Below are positions 16,712 through 26,369 of a stretch of DNA of 41,644 bases, piece by piece. The translations under genes and the position numbers were made by a program. The notes beneath the pieces were generated by a model, which was given only the letters and a program-made list of their open reading frames with translations, had not been told where the DNA came from and searched no databases. The number at the start of each line of letters is the position of its first letter. The stretch's first letter is position 1. This DNA comes from a virus (Duplodnaviria > Caudoviricetes), in IMG/VR virus record IMGVR_UViG_3300010052_000147, positions 1 through 41,644 of that record, one strand, 5' to 3'.

Positions 16712-17650
16712 CTATGCCGCGGCACGGGTGATGCTGATGGTCGCGCCCGACGAGCTGTCGTAGATACCTTGGAACGGGCACTCGATCAGCACGGCCTGGC
16801 CGTTGCCGGGAACCGGAGGGCCGCCATCGAGGAACTTGGCCTTCGGGATCGAGAACGCATAGGAGTTGCCGGCGGCATCGGTCAGCGTGAACGAGATCGC
16901 GATGTCCTCGTGCGCCATGATGGCGGTGTAGACCGCCAGGCTCTCGAAATAGATGCGGGCCGTGCCCGTGACGCGGAACTGGCCTAGCCCGTGCGAGTCC
17001 ACGTCATAGGCGCCGAGGACATCATTGGCGTAGATGTTGTTTTCGATTTTCAGTGACAACGTCTGCATCTTCGGCGGCGTCACCAGCGACGTTGACGAAA
17101 TGACCAGAGACCCGAGATTGAGGCCGGCATTGAACCGATCGGTGGTGGTGGCAGTCGCGTAGGTGGCGCCCGTGATGATCGCAGTCGTGGGCGGTGGCGA
17201 ACCGATGCCCATGATCCCCCAGTTGGCCTTGACGGACTGGCGCGCGACCATCGAGAGGTCGAGCGTATTCCATCGGGAACCGCGGTAGCGGAGGTAACTG
17301 TCAGTCGCGCCCTGCTCGAACGTAAGCTCGAGCGTGCCCGTCTGAGGCAGGACGCCGTTTTTGAGAACGTCCGTCGCCCAGGAAGAGGCGAACAGTCGCG
17401 CTAGCCACACATCATAGGTGCCGTAGGACAGTTCGGTATTGATGGTGCCCTGGACCATCCGACCGACGTCGGTGATATCCGGGACGTTTCGGTCCGCCCT
17501 TATCTCGTTCGATGTGTCAGTCTGCTTCGCAACCCGAATGTCCGCCGAGACGTAACGCATGACTTGAAAGGCCGGGGTCGCCGGCGTGGTGCCGATCGTG
17601 GCTTCCGGAACGTCGGCAAGGCGAGTTTGACTACCGTCAGCAACGGTCAT
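16712..17650 (-). CDS. Major tail tube protein
   Basis: 312 aa, Thr/Ala-rich; GTTPATPAFQVMRY, SNEIRADRNV and YAFSIPKAKF motifs; position after the terminator protein. Confidence 0.85.
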   Translation of the reverse strand: MTVADGSQTRLADVPEATIGTTPATPAFQVMRYVSADIRVAKQTDTSNEIRADRNVPDITDVGRMVQGTINTELSYGTYDVWLARLFASSWATDVLKNGVLPQTGTLELTFEQGATDSYLRYRGSRWNTLDLSMVARQSVKANWGIMGIGSPPPTTAIITGATYATATTTDRFNAGLNLGSLVISSTSLVTPPKMQTLSLKIENNIYANDVLGAYDVDSHGLGQFRVTGTARIYFESLAVYTAIMAHEDIAISFTLTDAAGNSYAFSIPKAKFLDGGPPVPGNGQAVLIECPFQGIYDSSSGATISITRAAA

Positions 17651-17689
17651 GGCAGTGCTCCAGTTTTCAGGGTGGTGCCGGTTGACGGC

Positions 17690-18112
17690 TTAGGGCGTCG
17701 GGATCGACGTGATGTCGAAGCGGGTCCAGAAAAGAGTCGCCGCGATCGAGAAGTAGTTGCCGAAAGACCGGCTCGGATCGCCGGCACCGATCGACATTTC
17801 GGTGATGGTCAGGCCCGTCGGCTGCTCCCGGAACAGGTAGAGCAGGCTATTCGCCAGCGCCCTTGCCTCTCGGCTCCCTGTCCCAGTCGGAACCATGACA
17901 TGCAGGTATGTCGTTCCGCTTTCGAGCCACATGTTCTCGCCGGGAGCGCCCATGCTTTCCTGATTGTAGGTGTCGCCGTAGATCTCAGCGTAGACGAACG
18001 GCTCAGGCGTGTCGGGCGTCTCCGGGTCCGGGTCGTTTTCCATAACCACCGGCGTCAGCGTCCAATCCGCCAGCCGATCGGCAAAGGCGTCGTAGGCTTC
18101 TGGACTGGACAT
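17690..18112 (-). CDS. Tail terminator-like protein
   Basis: Acidic 140 aa; ESGTTYLHVMVPTGTGS motif; directly before the tube gene. Confidence 0.7.
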   Translation of the reverse strand: MSSPEAYDAFADRLADWTLTPVVMENDPDPETPDTPEPFVYAEIYGDTYNQESMGAPGENMWLESGTTYLHVMVPTGTGSREARALANSLLYLFREQPTGLTITEMSIGAGDPSRSFGNYFSIAATLFWTRFDITSIPTP

Positions 18113-18744
18113 CAGAGCATGTTGATGACGATGGAGGGATAGGTCAGCGGCGAGCCGGCCTGCCGGTCCTTGCGGCGGCCCTGGTTGCCTTTGGGGATGT
18201 ATGGCACGAGCGGATGCACTCCGGCTTTGATGTTCAGGAATCGCGTCTCGACGGCAAAGGCATCGCCAAACCGCCTCGACAGCGCGACCCGCGACAGGTC
18301 GAAATGGCGCCTACCCTTTGACTGATTGGCCCCTGCCTCGATGCGTCTTGTGAACGGCATGGGGTTGAAAATGATCACCTCTGCGTCAGCCGGAATGCTG
18401 CGATAGTCTGTGACCGCCCGACCGCTCGCCAGCACGACGAATGAACTCGCATAGCGGCCCGATCGCCGCGGCGACCGCTTCTGCAGTTCCGCCAGCGCCG
18501 CATTGATGACCAGCGGCCAGTTCGTGAAGACGTAGAGGATCGAACCGGGGACCGTGACCGCCTCTTCCGGCAAGCCAGGCCGACTGTTGACGAACCGCTC
18601 GTATTGCGGCGATGCGCCCGCGGCGATGGCCTTCGCAAGTTCCGACCGTGCGAATTTTGCCAGTTCCTTCGCAATGTTCTCCGGCTCGATGCCCGCTGTG
18701 GCGAACGTCAGTTGCCGGTCGAAGGATTCGAAGCCGGTCGCCAT
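18112..18744 (-). CDS. Neck / tail-completion protein (HK97 gp10 position)
   Basis: SPRRSGRYASSF and NPMPFTRRIE motifs; TGATG coupling. Confidence 0.6.
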   Translation of the reverse strand: MATGFESFDRQLTFATAGIEPENIAKELAKFARSELAKAIAAGASPQYERFVNSRPGLPEEAVTVPGSILYVFTNWPLVINAALAELQKRSPRRSGRYASSFVVLASGRAVTDYRSIPADAEVIIFNPMPFTRRIEAGANQSKGRRHFDLSRVALSRRFGDAFAVETRFLNIKAGVHPLVPYIPKGNQGRRKDRQAGSPLTYPSIVINML

Positions 18745-18911
18745 CAGTGAACCGCCACGAAGCCGCCAGCGACCATGGCTCCGGCAACCACGTCCTCCGT
18801 GAGCAAGGATTTCAGATCCACCGGTTCGTCAGGGATGCAGCGCAAGAAGAGCGCGCGCGTCTCCTCGTCCAATTCGTCAAGGTCGATGATGACAATCTCA
18901 ATTTTAGCCAT
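18744..18911 (-). CDS. Small acidic hypothetical protein, 55 aa (below the ORF-track cutoff)
   Basis: MAKIEIVIIDLDELDEETRALFLRCIPDEPVDLKSLLTEDVVAGAMVAGGFVAVH; TGATG overlaps at both ends. Confidence 0.7.
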   Translation of the reverse strand: MAKIEIVIIDLDELDEETRALFLRCIPDEPVDLKSLLTEDVVAGAMVAGGFVAVH

Positions 18912-19267
18912 CAGCCTGTCACCATGACATCGATCCGCACAATCACATCTGCGACGACGATGGGCTTCGGAAGCTCGATGTTCCGCTCCTTGCCCTGGAT
19001 CACGATCTTGTCGCCCTTCTTCAGCGGCAGCAGCGCGCCGAGGCCCGTCGGGCTCAGCACCACCTTCGATGAGGTTTGATTGATTTCGCCGGCCAGTTCC
19101 TCCGGCTTCACGGCACGCACCGATGCGCGCGAGGCGATGTCCGTCTTCGGTCGCGGCGTGCCGGTCGGCGCGGTGTAGCGGCGCACGGTGACCGTTTCGC
19201 CCCGCCGCGCCAGCGCTGCATCGAGCCGCGCAATCATGCCGGCTGGGGTGTCGGACGTGTCGACCAT
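18911..19267 (-). CDS. Head closure / stopper-like protein
   Basis: 118 aa; RGETVTVRR and LKKGDKIVIQG motifs; follows the adaptor. Confidence 0.65.
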   Translation of the reverse strand: MVDTSDTPAGMIARLDAALARRGETVTVRRYTAPTGTPRPKTDIASRASVRAVKPEELAGEINQTSSKVVLSPTGLGALLPLKKGDKIVIQGKERNIELPKPIVVADVIVRIDVMVTG

Positions 19268-19920
19268 TAGGCCACCAACACGTTCATGTAGCGCGACAGC
19301 TTGGCAGCGATATCGGCCGGAACCGACCCCGCTGCTGCACCTGGGGTCGAGCCAACCCAGCGGTCGATACGCGTCGTTTCGACGTCGGGGATTTCGATCG
19401 TGCGCCCCTTTTCCATCGGGTCGACAGCATCCGCGGACAGCCTAAGCCTCGCGAGATCCATCGCAGCGCCGACCAAATCGGCCGGAACGTCGGTGAACCC
19501 AGCAACGTAGGTGATGGAGAGCGCACCTCTTGCCCAATGCCATGGCCGCGACGAAGAGAGCCGGGCAATGATGCCCGCTTCCCTCTCGATCAGGTAATCG
19601 TCGGCGATGATGGTTGTCCCACATTCATCAACCGCTGACACGGCCGACACAAACCGCCGGGCCAGCATGACGCCGTCACAGTGGGCGCCGTGCCAATAGG
19701 TCTCGACAATCGTTTCGCTTCGCAACGTCGGCGGGTTCAGGCCGTCGGATGCGATTTGGCAAGCAGTCGCGATCTCTGCCGAGATGCGAAGACCCAGTTG
19801 CGTGAGTTCGGGGTCGCGGGATGTGTCACCAGTTGCAAGGCCGGCGGCCTGTCGCAATTGAGCGGTTGTCAGCAGCGACAGATCGTCGGCCGGCACTGTC
19901 ACCGTGAAGGATTGGCGCAT
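19267..19920 (-). CDS. Head-tail connector (adaptor) protein
   Basis: LLTTAQLRQAAGL and ITYVAGFTDVPADLVGA motifs. Confidence 0.75.
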   Translation of the reverse strand: MRQSFTVTVPADDLSLLTTAQLRQAAGLATGDTSRDPELTQLGLRISAEIATACQIASDGLNPPTLRSETIVETYWHGAHCDGVMLARRFVSAVSAVDECGTTIIADDYLIEREAGIIARLSSSRPWHWARGALSITYVAGFTDVPADLVGAAMDLARLRLSADAVDPMEKGRTIEIPDVETTRIDRWVGSTPGAAAGSVPADIAAKLSRYMNVLVA

Positions 19921-19944
19921 CGTGCCGGTTCCCGATCTGACGTC

Positions 19945-20322
19945 CTACTTCGATGCCTTGATCACGGCAATGATGTCGGCCTTTTTGGTCGCGTCGCCGA
20001 GATCGATCCCGCTTGCCTCCGCGTGCGCGCGCAACTTGGCGACGGTCATGTTGTCGAAGGTCAGTTCGACCTGATCTGCCTCGCCCGCCTCGCCATCCGC
20101 GGGCAAGATTGTATCGGGTGCAGACCATCCGGTGACGTCGCGGGCCGCTTCTGCATCGGCAGGCGAGTTGAAAAACGCCTTTCGTCGCCGCACCCAACGA
20201 ACAGCCGTATGAGGGTCGAGGTTGTATGCCGTGTTCGCTTCGTATTTCTCCTCGAGCGCCGTTCCCACCCGGAGATCGTCGAGAACTGCCGTTTCAACGA
20301 AAGTCACATCGATTTTCTTCAT
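19945..20322 (-). CDS. Hypothetical protein with a C-terminal HeH/SAP/Rho-N-like motif
   Basis: NMTVAKLRAHAEASGIDLGDATKKADII; CAGGAG RBS before ATG 20322. Confidence 0.6.
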   Translation of the reverse strand: MKKIDVTFVETAVLDDLRVGTALEEKYEANTAYNLDPHTAVRWVRRRKAFFNSPADAEAARDVTGWSAPDTILPADGEAGEADQVELTFDNMTVAKLRAHAEASGIDLGDATKKADIIAVIKASK

Positions 20323-20343
20323 TGCCGAAATCTCCTGCGAGAG

Positions 20344-20368
20344 TGAAAAAGGGGCGCCGAAGCGCCCC
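20344..20368 (-). terminator. Intrinsic terminator after the decoration gene
   Basis: GGGGCGC-TTCG-GCGCCCC-TTTTT. Confidence 0.8.
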
Positions 20369-20381
20369 ACCGACACCTAGC

Positions 20382-20828
20382 CTACTCGACGGCTTCGATG
20401 ACGCTGGCGGCCTGTGCCACCGGCGAATACCGTCCGCGCAAGCCCAGTACGATGGCACCCGAGTCGCTGGTTGCCGTCGCGGTGGTCATCGACAAGCGCG
20501 CATGCGTGAAGCCATTGGTGCGATCGAGTTCCTCGGCCCGCATATTGATCAGGGCCTGCTTGTTGGACTTGTCCGTGCCAGCCTGGGTCAACTGAGTGAT
20601 GACCTTGCCGGTGACGTCCTTGGCGCCGGCGCCGCCAGAACTGGTAGCCTGTTCGATCTTGGCATCGATCGTGGCACTGGTGCCGAGATCGCCGGCCATG
20701 ACGATGGCAAGCAGGCCGCCATAGACCGACATGTCGATCCAGCCGGTGGTGAGCGTGGCGGCGGTGTTTGCGTCCGGGTCGATGACACCGACAACCGCCA
20801 CCTGCTCGCTGAGAAGAGCGTTGAACAT
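20382..20828 (-). CDS. Putative capsid decoration / cement protein
   Basis: 148 aa, beta-rich with many Ala/Thr/Gly; directly after the capsid gene; GGAG RBS before ATG 20828. Confidence 0.6.
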   Translation of the reverse strand: MFNALLSEQVAVVGVIDPDANTAATLTTGWIDMSVYGGLLAIVMAGDLGTSATIDAKIEQATSSGGAGAKDVTGKVITQLTQAGTDKSNKQALINMRAEELDRTNGFTHARLSMTTATATSDSGAIVLGLRGRYSPVAQAASVIEAVE

Positions 20829-20856
20829 GGGAGTTCTCCAAAGTGGGATGAGGGAA

Positions 20857-20879
20857 GCTGCCGGCCGAACGCCGGCAGC
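20857..20879 (-). other. Intergenic stem-loop between the capsid and decoration genes
   Basis: GCTGCCGGC-GTTCG-GCCGGCAGC with no U-tract. Confidence 0.55.
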
Positions 20880-20891
20880 CATTGCCAGCGA

Positions 20892-22190
20892 TTAGCGGGC
20901 TTCGAGCGTGACGTAGGGGCTGATCGTGTCGCTGCCCTTGAACGGGGTCAGCGGCGATTCCCAGACCGGCTGGCCGTCGATGCGGACGACGAAGCGGAAG
21001 GCGGTTTCGTCGTTGACGAAGCGGACGTGGATCGAGGTGTTCTTCTTCACCCCACCCTTTTCGATCATGACGTATTCCTTGAGGTCCATCAGCACGATGT
21101 CCCCCTTGTCGCCAGGCGCCGAGTTGAATTCGGTCGGGATGACCGGACGGCCCATCAGGAGGCCATACTCGTTGTTGTTCTGGCTGCCCGGCGGCACGTA
21201 GACGACGCTCGGAAGCGCGATGCCTCCGACGTTTTCAGTGCCGGCGACGTTCTTGATCTTGACGTTCATCTGATAGAGCTGCGGCTCCAGCTGCTGGTTG
21301 ATCGTCCAGATGGCCGTCTTGCGGCTGCGCGCCCAGAGACGCGACCACATTTTCAGGACATTCTCGGCAACCAGCGTGTCGGCCACCTGGCTGCCTTCCT
21401 TGGAGACGGTCACTAGCGCCGGAGACTTCGTCACACCCAGCGGCATGCCCGCCCCGGTTCCTTCGAAGATCGCCCAGTCGATCTTGAAAGCGAACTCCTC
21501 TTCGAAGGCCTCGTTGATCACGCCTTCGAGCGCAACCGCATCTTCGAGGTTTTCGTCGGTGGCGTAGAGGAGCCCCGTCAGCTTGTGCAAACGGAGATCC
21601 ATCTGTCGGAAGGCAAGCTGCGAGGCAAGCTTCTGAGCGCCTTCGCCGGTCCAGAACGACTGGACGCCGCCGAAGCGCGAGCCGTTCGCCCGGCTGGTCT
21701 CTTTCACCGCATTGATGCGGAGGCCGTTGGAATTCGGCCCGATCGGAAGCTTGCGGGTGCGTGCCGCTAGGTCGGAACGGTCGTAGGCACGCTTCAGCAG
21801 TTCGGTGGTGAAGTCCTGCTGAACCAGGAAGCCACCTTCCGGGCCACTTCCTTCGTTCTGGCCGGTCGCACCGCTGACGTTCTGCCAGACGAGGCGAGGG
21901 TCACGTTCGCCGCCGGCACCGGCGCGCATGACGGCCACAAGCTGTTCGCCGAAGGTGCCGAACCCGGTGGCTTCGCCAGGTGCAGTGCGTGCCTCTGCCG
22001 GAAGGGCAGTGGACGCGCGCAGTGACTGTGCGCGCTCAACTGACGCGATCTGCCGATCGAGACTTTCAACATTGCCAGCCGCGGTATCGAAGGCGGCCTG
22101 CTGTTCGTCCGTCACGGGCGTGCCGAGCGCAATAAGTGCATCATATGCCGTCGCCCGGTTCTGGCGAAGGCTCGCGAGGTCTCTGGACAT
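20892..22190 (-). CDS. Major capsid protein, HK97 fold
   Basis: N-terminal coiled-coil delta-like domain; EGGFLVQQDF, WTGEGAQK, IFEGTGAGMPLG, LMGRPVIPTE and ETAFRFVVRIDG motifs. Confidence 0.95.
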   Translation of the reverse strand: MSRDLASLRQNRATAYDALIALGTPVTDEQQAAFDTAAGNVESLDRQIASVERAQSLRASTALPAEARTAPGEATGFGTFGEQLVAVMRAGAGGERDPRLVWQNVSGATGQNEGSGPEGGFLVQQDFTTELLKRAYDRSDLAARTRKLPIGPNSNGLRINAVKETSRANGSRFGGVQSFWTGEGAQKLASQLAFRQMDLRLHKLTGLLYATDENLEDAVALEGVINEAFEEEFAFKIDWAIFEGTGAGMPLGVTKSPALVTVSKEGSQVADTLVAENVLKMWSRLWARSRKTAIWTINQQLEPQLYQMNVKIKNVAGTENVGGIALPSVVYVPPGSQNNNEYGLLMGRPVIPTEFNSAPGDKGDIVLMDLKEYVMIEKGGVKKNTSIHVRFVNDETAFRFVVRIDGQPVWESPLTPFKGSDTISPYVTLEAR

Positions 22191-22211
22191 TTGGATCTCC
22201 TATTCTGTCCA

Positions 22212-22234
22212 TGAAAAAGGGCGCCGAAGCGCCC
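22212..22234 (-). terminator. Terminator-like hairpin just upstream of the capsid RBS
   Basis: GGGCGC-TTCG-GCGCCC-TTTTT; near-identical to the hairpin at 20344-20368. Confidence 0.7.
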
Positions 22235-22262
22235 GCTCAGTCGTCGGCCTTCGCCGCCGAAT

Positions 22263-23150
22263 TCACTGTTTGAGGGTGTCGAGTTTCTTCTGGTTGGCCA
22301 CCATGCGGCGCAACCCGAGCAGCGCAGCGTCATAGCTCTGGACGCGATCTGCCATCCCGGATGACACCGCATCCGAGCCGACTTTGACGCCGCCCTTGCC
22401 GAAGTCGGAGAGGACTTTGTCGACGCTCACATTTCGGCCGCGCGCCACCGCCGAAACGAACTGCTTTTCGATGGCATCAAGCGTTCCGATGATCTCGGCA
22501 ACACCATCTTCAGCCGTTGGGTCCGGACGCTTGTTCGGCGCATTCGTGCTGACGATCTCGACGTCGAGATAACCGTCTCGGTCAGCTTCGACCTGCTTCG
22601 ACATGCCGATCACGACGCCGATCGATCCAACCAGCCCCGTCTTGTCGATCGCAACTTCGCTCGCAGCCGTCGCAATCCAGTAGGCAGCGGAACAAGCCTG
22701 GCCGGAGACGAAGGACAAGGTGTGCTTCTTCTTCGTGCCCGCAGCCACAGTGTCCGCAAATGCACTGATGCCCGACACGGCACCGCCGGGGCTGTCGATC
22801 ATCAGCATGATGGCGCCGACGTCAGAGCTGGCGAGCGCCGTCCGGTAGTCGTTCTGGAGCATGGTGACCGAAGTAGCGCCAGACATCTCGGTCATCATAT
22901 TCGCGCGAGGGAATATCGGTCCAACGACAGGCAGGATGGCGACACCATCGACGACAAATGCGCGCTGAGCACCTGCCAGCCGCTGCCCCCCTGGCCCCGC
23001 CATGATGTCGTATTCGCGCTTCTCCCAATCCCCGGCATTCGCCACCTCCGGCGCACCGTGGTTGCGCTGGGCCAGCGCGGCGATAAGCGGCAGCCAGCCG
23101 GGAACGATAGCCCACGGGTCTGCCGTGAGCGCCTGAAGTGCTCTGGTCAT
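22263..23150 (-). CDS. Prohead protease, peptidase S49 (SppA-like)
   Basis: IDSPGG, ACSAAYWIA and GSIGV motifs. Confidence 0.92.
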   Translation of the reverse strand: MTRALQALTADPWAIVPGWLPLIAALAQRNHGAPEVANAGDWEKREYDIMAGPGGQRLAGAQRAFVVDGVAILPVVGPIFPRANMMTEMSGATSVTMLQNDYRTALASSDVGAIMLMIDSPGGAVSGISAFADTVAAGTKKKHTLSFVSGQACSAAYWIATAASEVAIDKTGLVGSIGVVIGMSKQVEADRDGYLDVEIVSTNAPNKRPDPTAEDGVAEIIGTLDAIEKQFVSAVARGRNVSVDKVLSDFGKGGVKVGSDAVSSGMADRVQSYDAALLGLRRMVANQKKLDTLKQ

Positions 23151-23160
23151 CAAATGATCC

Positions 23161-24486
23161 TCAGTTAAGGGCGCCGAATTGGCCGATGTCCTGCGGCGAC
23201 GGCCGGACGATCATGGATTTCCTGGCAGGCTCGCCATCGTCGTCAGCCACGTTCTTGTCTGCCGGGACCATGTTGAGCGGCGTGAGATAGGTCTTGCCTT
23301 GGTCATTAGGCAGATCGTCCATGTTCTCGCGGCCGCGGACGTCATCGACGGACAGCCAGCCCCACTGGCGACCGATGGCATAAGCGCGATACCGGCTGTG
23401 GATGTCGCCGCGCATGAGCCCGTCAAGATTGAACTCGATGTAGTATTCCTCACGCTCATCTAGCGAGAGGCAAGCGATCTCCAGCGCCGATTGAACGGCT
23501 TCGGCCAACGACGAGACCGGCCCGGTGACATAGTCGATGCCCTGATGCTCGATATTGTTGTTGGTCGCTCGATCAAGGATGCCGATCTTATGCGGCGGAA
23601 CCCCGAACATTGTGCAGCACTGAACAGCCTGTTCTTTACGCGTCTCGGTCAACTGGCTGTCCTGCGGGTTCGAACTGAATTCCCGGAGTTTCATGCCAAG
23701 TTCGAGGATCGCCACCTTGAAAGCGTTATCGACGCCAGAATAGGCGCGCTCAACACCTGCCCTGATGCGCTTCGCCACCGCGTCATTCGGCAGCTTCTTG
23801 TCCATTTCCAGAACGATCGACGGACGGGCGCCGTTCGCGAAGAACCGGCCTGCAAACCGTTCGGCCGCCAGAGCCAGTGCAATCGTCTCCCTATGCTGAT
23901 CAATGGGAGAGACGCCTTCGACACCGCCATAGAGGCCCCGATCAGTCGAGCCGCGATAGGCCACATGCACCACATCTTGCCAGGACAAATTCCGCTCGAT
24001 GCCGTTCTTGCCCTGAATGTCGTAGAACGGCTCTCCGTCAGCAGCCCATCTCGCAGTAGCTTGGCCGTGACGCAGAAGTGTGATCCGGTCGACTCGACCG
24101 AGTTCATTGCGCCAGACACGCGAATGTCCGCGACCGTGCGCCATTGCGTTGGCAATGAGCGCGCGCCGCCAAGCAAACGATGACAGCCAAGGAGCCGGCG
24201 CTTCCTTCAGCAATTTGTAGACGGGGTGCTCTTCGGCCCGCACCCGCGTTCCGTTCCGCAGCTTGCGGTAGAGGAGCAGCGGGACCTTCGCCAAATCTTC
24301 GGAGAGCACCTGAATGCAGGCCGAAATTCCCGGGACGGTGAGCGCATCGGCCGTTGTGACATGAAGTCCAGTTGCCGAAATGATGCCGCCAAAGACGCCG
24401 TTCAGAAACTCCTCTTCGCTCAGATCGCGGTAGCGCTCCTGATCTGAGGCCGACGGGCCGCCCAGCAGGCTGGAAAGAAGGCGCAT
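23161..24486 (-). CDS. Portal protein, HK97 family
   Basis: ACIQVLSEDLAKVP, FFANGARPS, FGVPPHKIG, FNLDGLMRGD and YLTPLNM motifs; ATG at 24486 in a TGATG overlap. Confidence 0.95.
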   Translation of the reverse strand: MRLLSSLLGGPSASDQERYRDLSEEEFLNGVFGGIISATGLHVTTADALTVPGISACIQVLSEDLAKVPLLLYRKLRNGTRVRAEEHPVYKLLKEAPAPWLSSFAWRRALIANAMAHGRGHSRVWRNELGRVDRITLLRHGQATARWAADGEPFYDIQGKNGIERNLSWQDVVHVAYRGSTDRGLYGGVEGVSPIDQHRETIALALAAERFAGRFFANGARPSIVLEMDKKLPNDAVAKRIRAGVERAYSGVDNAFKVAILELGMKLREFSSNPQDSQLTETRKEQAVQCCTMFGVPPHKIGILDRATNNNIEHQGIDYVTGPVSSLAEAVQSALEIACLSLDEREEYYIEFNLDGLMRGDIHSRYRAYAIGRQWGWLSVDDVRGRENMDDLPNDQGKTYLTPLNMVPADKNVADDDGEPARKSMIVRPSPQDIGQFGALN

Positions 24487-24668
24487 CAGCGCGCCCTCAG
24501 TGTGCCGAGAATGGCGACTGCGAAAATCATCGCGCCGGCGGCAACCAAGCCAAGCGGCGGGTAGTGCAGCCATCCGCCCACGCCGACAAGCGCGGCGCCA
24601 GATACAGCGACACCGAGGCGTGCCAGATCGGCCGCGTCTGAAGGCTTTGCTTCACGTTCGTCGGCCAT
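24486..24668 (-). CDS. Small two-TM membrane protein between TerL and portal
   Basis: GAALVGVGGWLHYPPLGLVAAGAMIFAVAI; position typical of HK97-like phages. Confidence 0.7.
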   Translation of the reverse strand: MADEREAKPSDAADLARLGVAVSGAALVGVGGWLHYPPLGLVAAGAMIFAVAILGTLRAR

Positions 24669-24671
24669 TGG

Positions 24672-26369
24672 TCACGCCCATACTTGAATGTCGAAATCGG
24701 CCGGCAGCGTTTCGCCGCCCGCCTCTGGATTCTTGCCCATCAGAACGACCGTGTTGAATGCGGCCATCAGCGGGTCGATCTTCGCCGTCCCGCTGGCTTG
24801 CTTCGTGATCGAGATGGCGTTTCCGCGCGGCTCGACCTTCGCGTTGCCCACCGCCCACGCCATGAGGGCTAGCCCTGCATGCACGAGCGTCCCGCCGGCT
24901 AGGTTCCGTTCTGCGGTCTTGATCGCGCCGTTGAGCTGCCACCCTTGCGGGATACCGACGATACGCGCTTCCGAGATGCCGCGACCGGTCAGTTCCTTCA
25001 CGATGTCGGTGACGCCGAAACTGTCCACGCCGATCGCCGCGTCGGCCGCCAAGAGCCCGGCGTCCTCGACCTCCATCACACATTCGGCCAGGGCATATAC
25101 GTCCTCGCCCGGAAGCTTGACGAACGTCAGGGACTTCTCGTTCTCGAAATCCAGTAGCCTCGGTGAAATGTCTTTCCGCCGCGACTTGACGATCTCATGC
25201 GCCCAGGCATGTGACCAGAGCAGCCATTTGCCGGTTCCGCGCTCCCGACCCAGCACCGCCAGACCGAGCAAGTCGTCCAGCCCGCCGCCGTCGATGCCGA
25301 TCACGATAACTTCCGACCGGGCGATGACCGATTTCAGCGTCAGCGTCTTGTCGGCCGCGGCAAGCCAATATTCGGCGCCGGCCCAGCTATCAGAATGGAG
25401 GCCAAGACCGATCTCGATATTGAGATGCTGCGAAGCCCAGCGCCGCTCCTCGACGTCGCCCTTTTCCTTCGCCGCGGCATAGCCCGCGATCATCGTGTCG
25501 ATATGCAGCGACCGGCCCAAGTTCGGCATGACCATCGGCCAGGTGGCCGGGTCGATCCAAGGCTTCTCCCGGTCGGCCTGCATGACCTCCGGAAACTCAT
25601 AGAGGATCGGCAGCATGCGGGCGTTCGATATCCGACCGTCGCGCACGCCGCGCGCATACATCAGTTCGGCCCGAAACACGCCCGCCGGCGGCTCGTCGCT
25701 CTGCGTCGTGATGATCAGCAGGAAGCTGTTCTTCTTCGACTCGAGCGCGCCTCTGATCTGGCCCAGCACCCGCGCCGCGAAGTGCATCGATCCCATGACG
25801 TGCAACTCGTCGATCAGAACGCCGATCGGCTTGGCGCCTGTCATTACCTTCATGTCGAAGGTCTTCACCTTGACGAAGGCCTTGTTGACCCGATCCCGGA
25901 TCGTCTTCTTGTGCTCCTGGACCTGAAACCGCTTCTGCAGATACCCTTCCGGGTCCGCATCGATCATGCCGGCCGCCTGCTGAAATGCGAGGTCGGCGAT
26001 TTCCTGTGTCGGCGCGACGAATAGAAACTCGCCCCGCGGCACTTCATTGACCAGCAGCGCCGTGAGCATCAGCCCGGCGCCGCCAGTCGTCTTCGAATTC
26101 TTCTTCGGCACGAGCGCGAAGACTTCTGGAACGTGCCGGACACCCGCGTCATCGAGCGATCCAAACACCGCCCGGACGATATCGCGAAACCAGTCGCCGG
26201 CGGCCTCACCGAACGACGGCTGCCCCGCGATATCCGGGACACATAGATTGTCAAAGACCTTGACCGCGCGATCCGCCTTCACCTTGAACAACGGCAGCGG
26301 CGGCACGAGCCGACCGCCCGACTTCATTCGCGCGAACCAGTTCGGCTGCGCGAAATCCCAATCGGTCAT
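24672..26369 (-). CDS. terL: Terminase large subunit
   Basis: Walker A VPKKNSKTT, Walker B VLIDELH, coupling motif IITTQS, nuclease GIDGGGLDDL and KIDPLMA; ATG 26369 overlaps the terS stop. Confidence 0.95.
   Translation of the reverse strand: MTDWDFAQPNWFARMKSGGRLVPPLPLFKVKADRAVKVFDNLCVPDIAGQPSFGEAAGDWFRDIVRAVFGSLDDAGVRHVPEVFALVPKKNSKTTGGAGLMLTALLVNEVPRGEFLFVAPTQEIADLAFQQAAGMIDADPEGYLQKRFQVQEHKKTIRDRVNKAFVKVKTFDMKVMTGAKPIGVLIDELHVMGSMHFAARVLGQIRGALESKKNSFLLIITTQSDEPPAGVFRAELMYARGVRDGRISNARMLPILYEFPEVMQADREKPWIDPATWPMVMPNLGRSLHIDTMIAGYAAAKEKGDVEERRWASQHLNIEIGLGLHSDSWAGAEYWLAAADKTLTLKSVIARSEVIVIGIDGGGLDDLLGLAVLGRERGTGKWLLWSHAWAHEIVKSRRKDISPRLLDFENEKSLTFVKLPGEDVYALAECVMEVEDAGLLAADAAIGVDSFGVTDIVKELTGRGISEARIVGIPQGWQLNGAIKTAERNLAGGTLVHAGLALMAWAVGNAKVEPRGNAISITKQASGTAKIDPLMAAFNTVVLMGKNPEAGGETLPADFDIQVWA

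Noticed and set aside
20226-21416. Long plus-strand ORFs opposite structural genes (also 8471-9490, 10540-11415, 12189-12917, 15835-16629, 24688-25482)
   Set aside because: Antisense shadows of real genes in GC-rich DNA; no recognisable motifs, mostly Arg/His-rich junk composition
22207-22222. GTCCATGAAAAAGGGC resembling lambda boxB
   Set aside because: It is on the non-transcribed strand, is just the complement of the terminator U-tract and stem, and has no boxA
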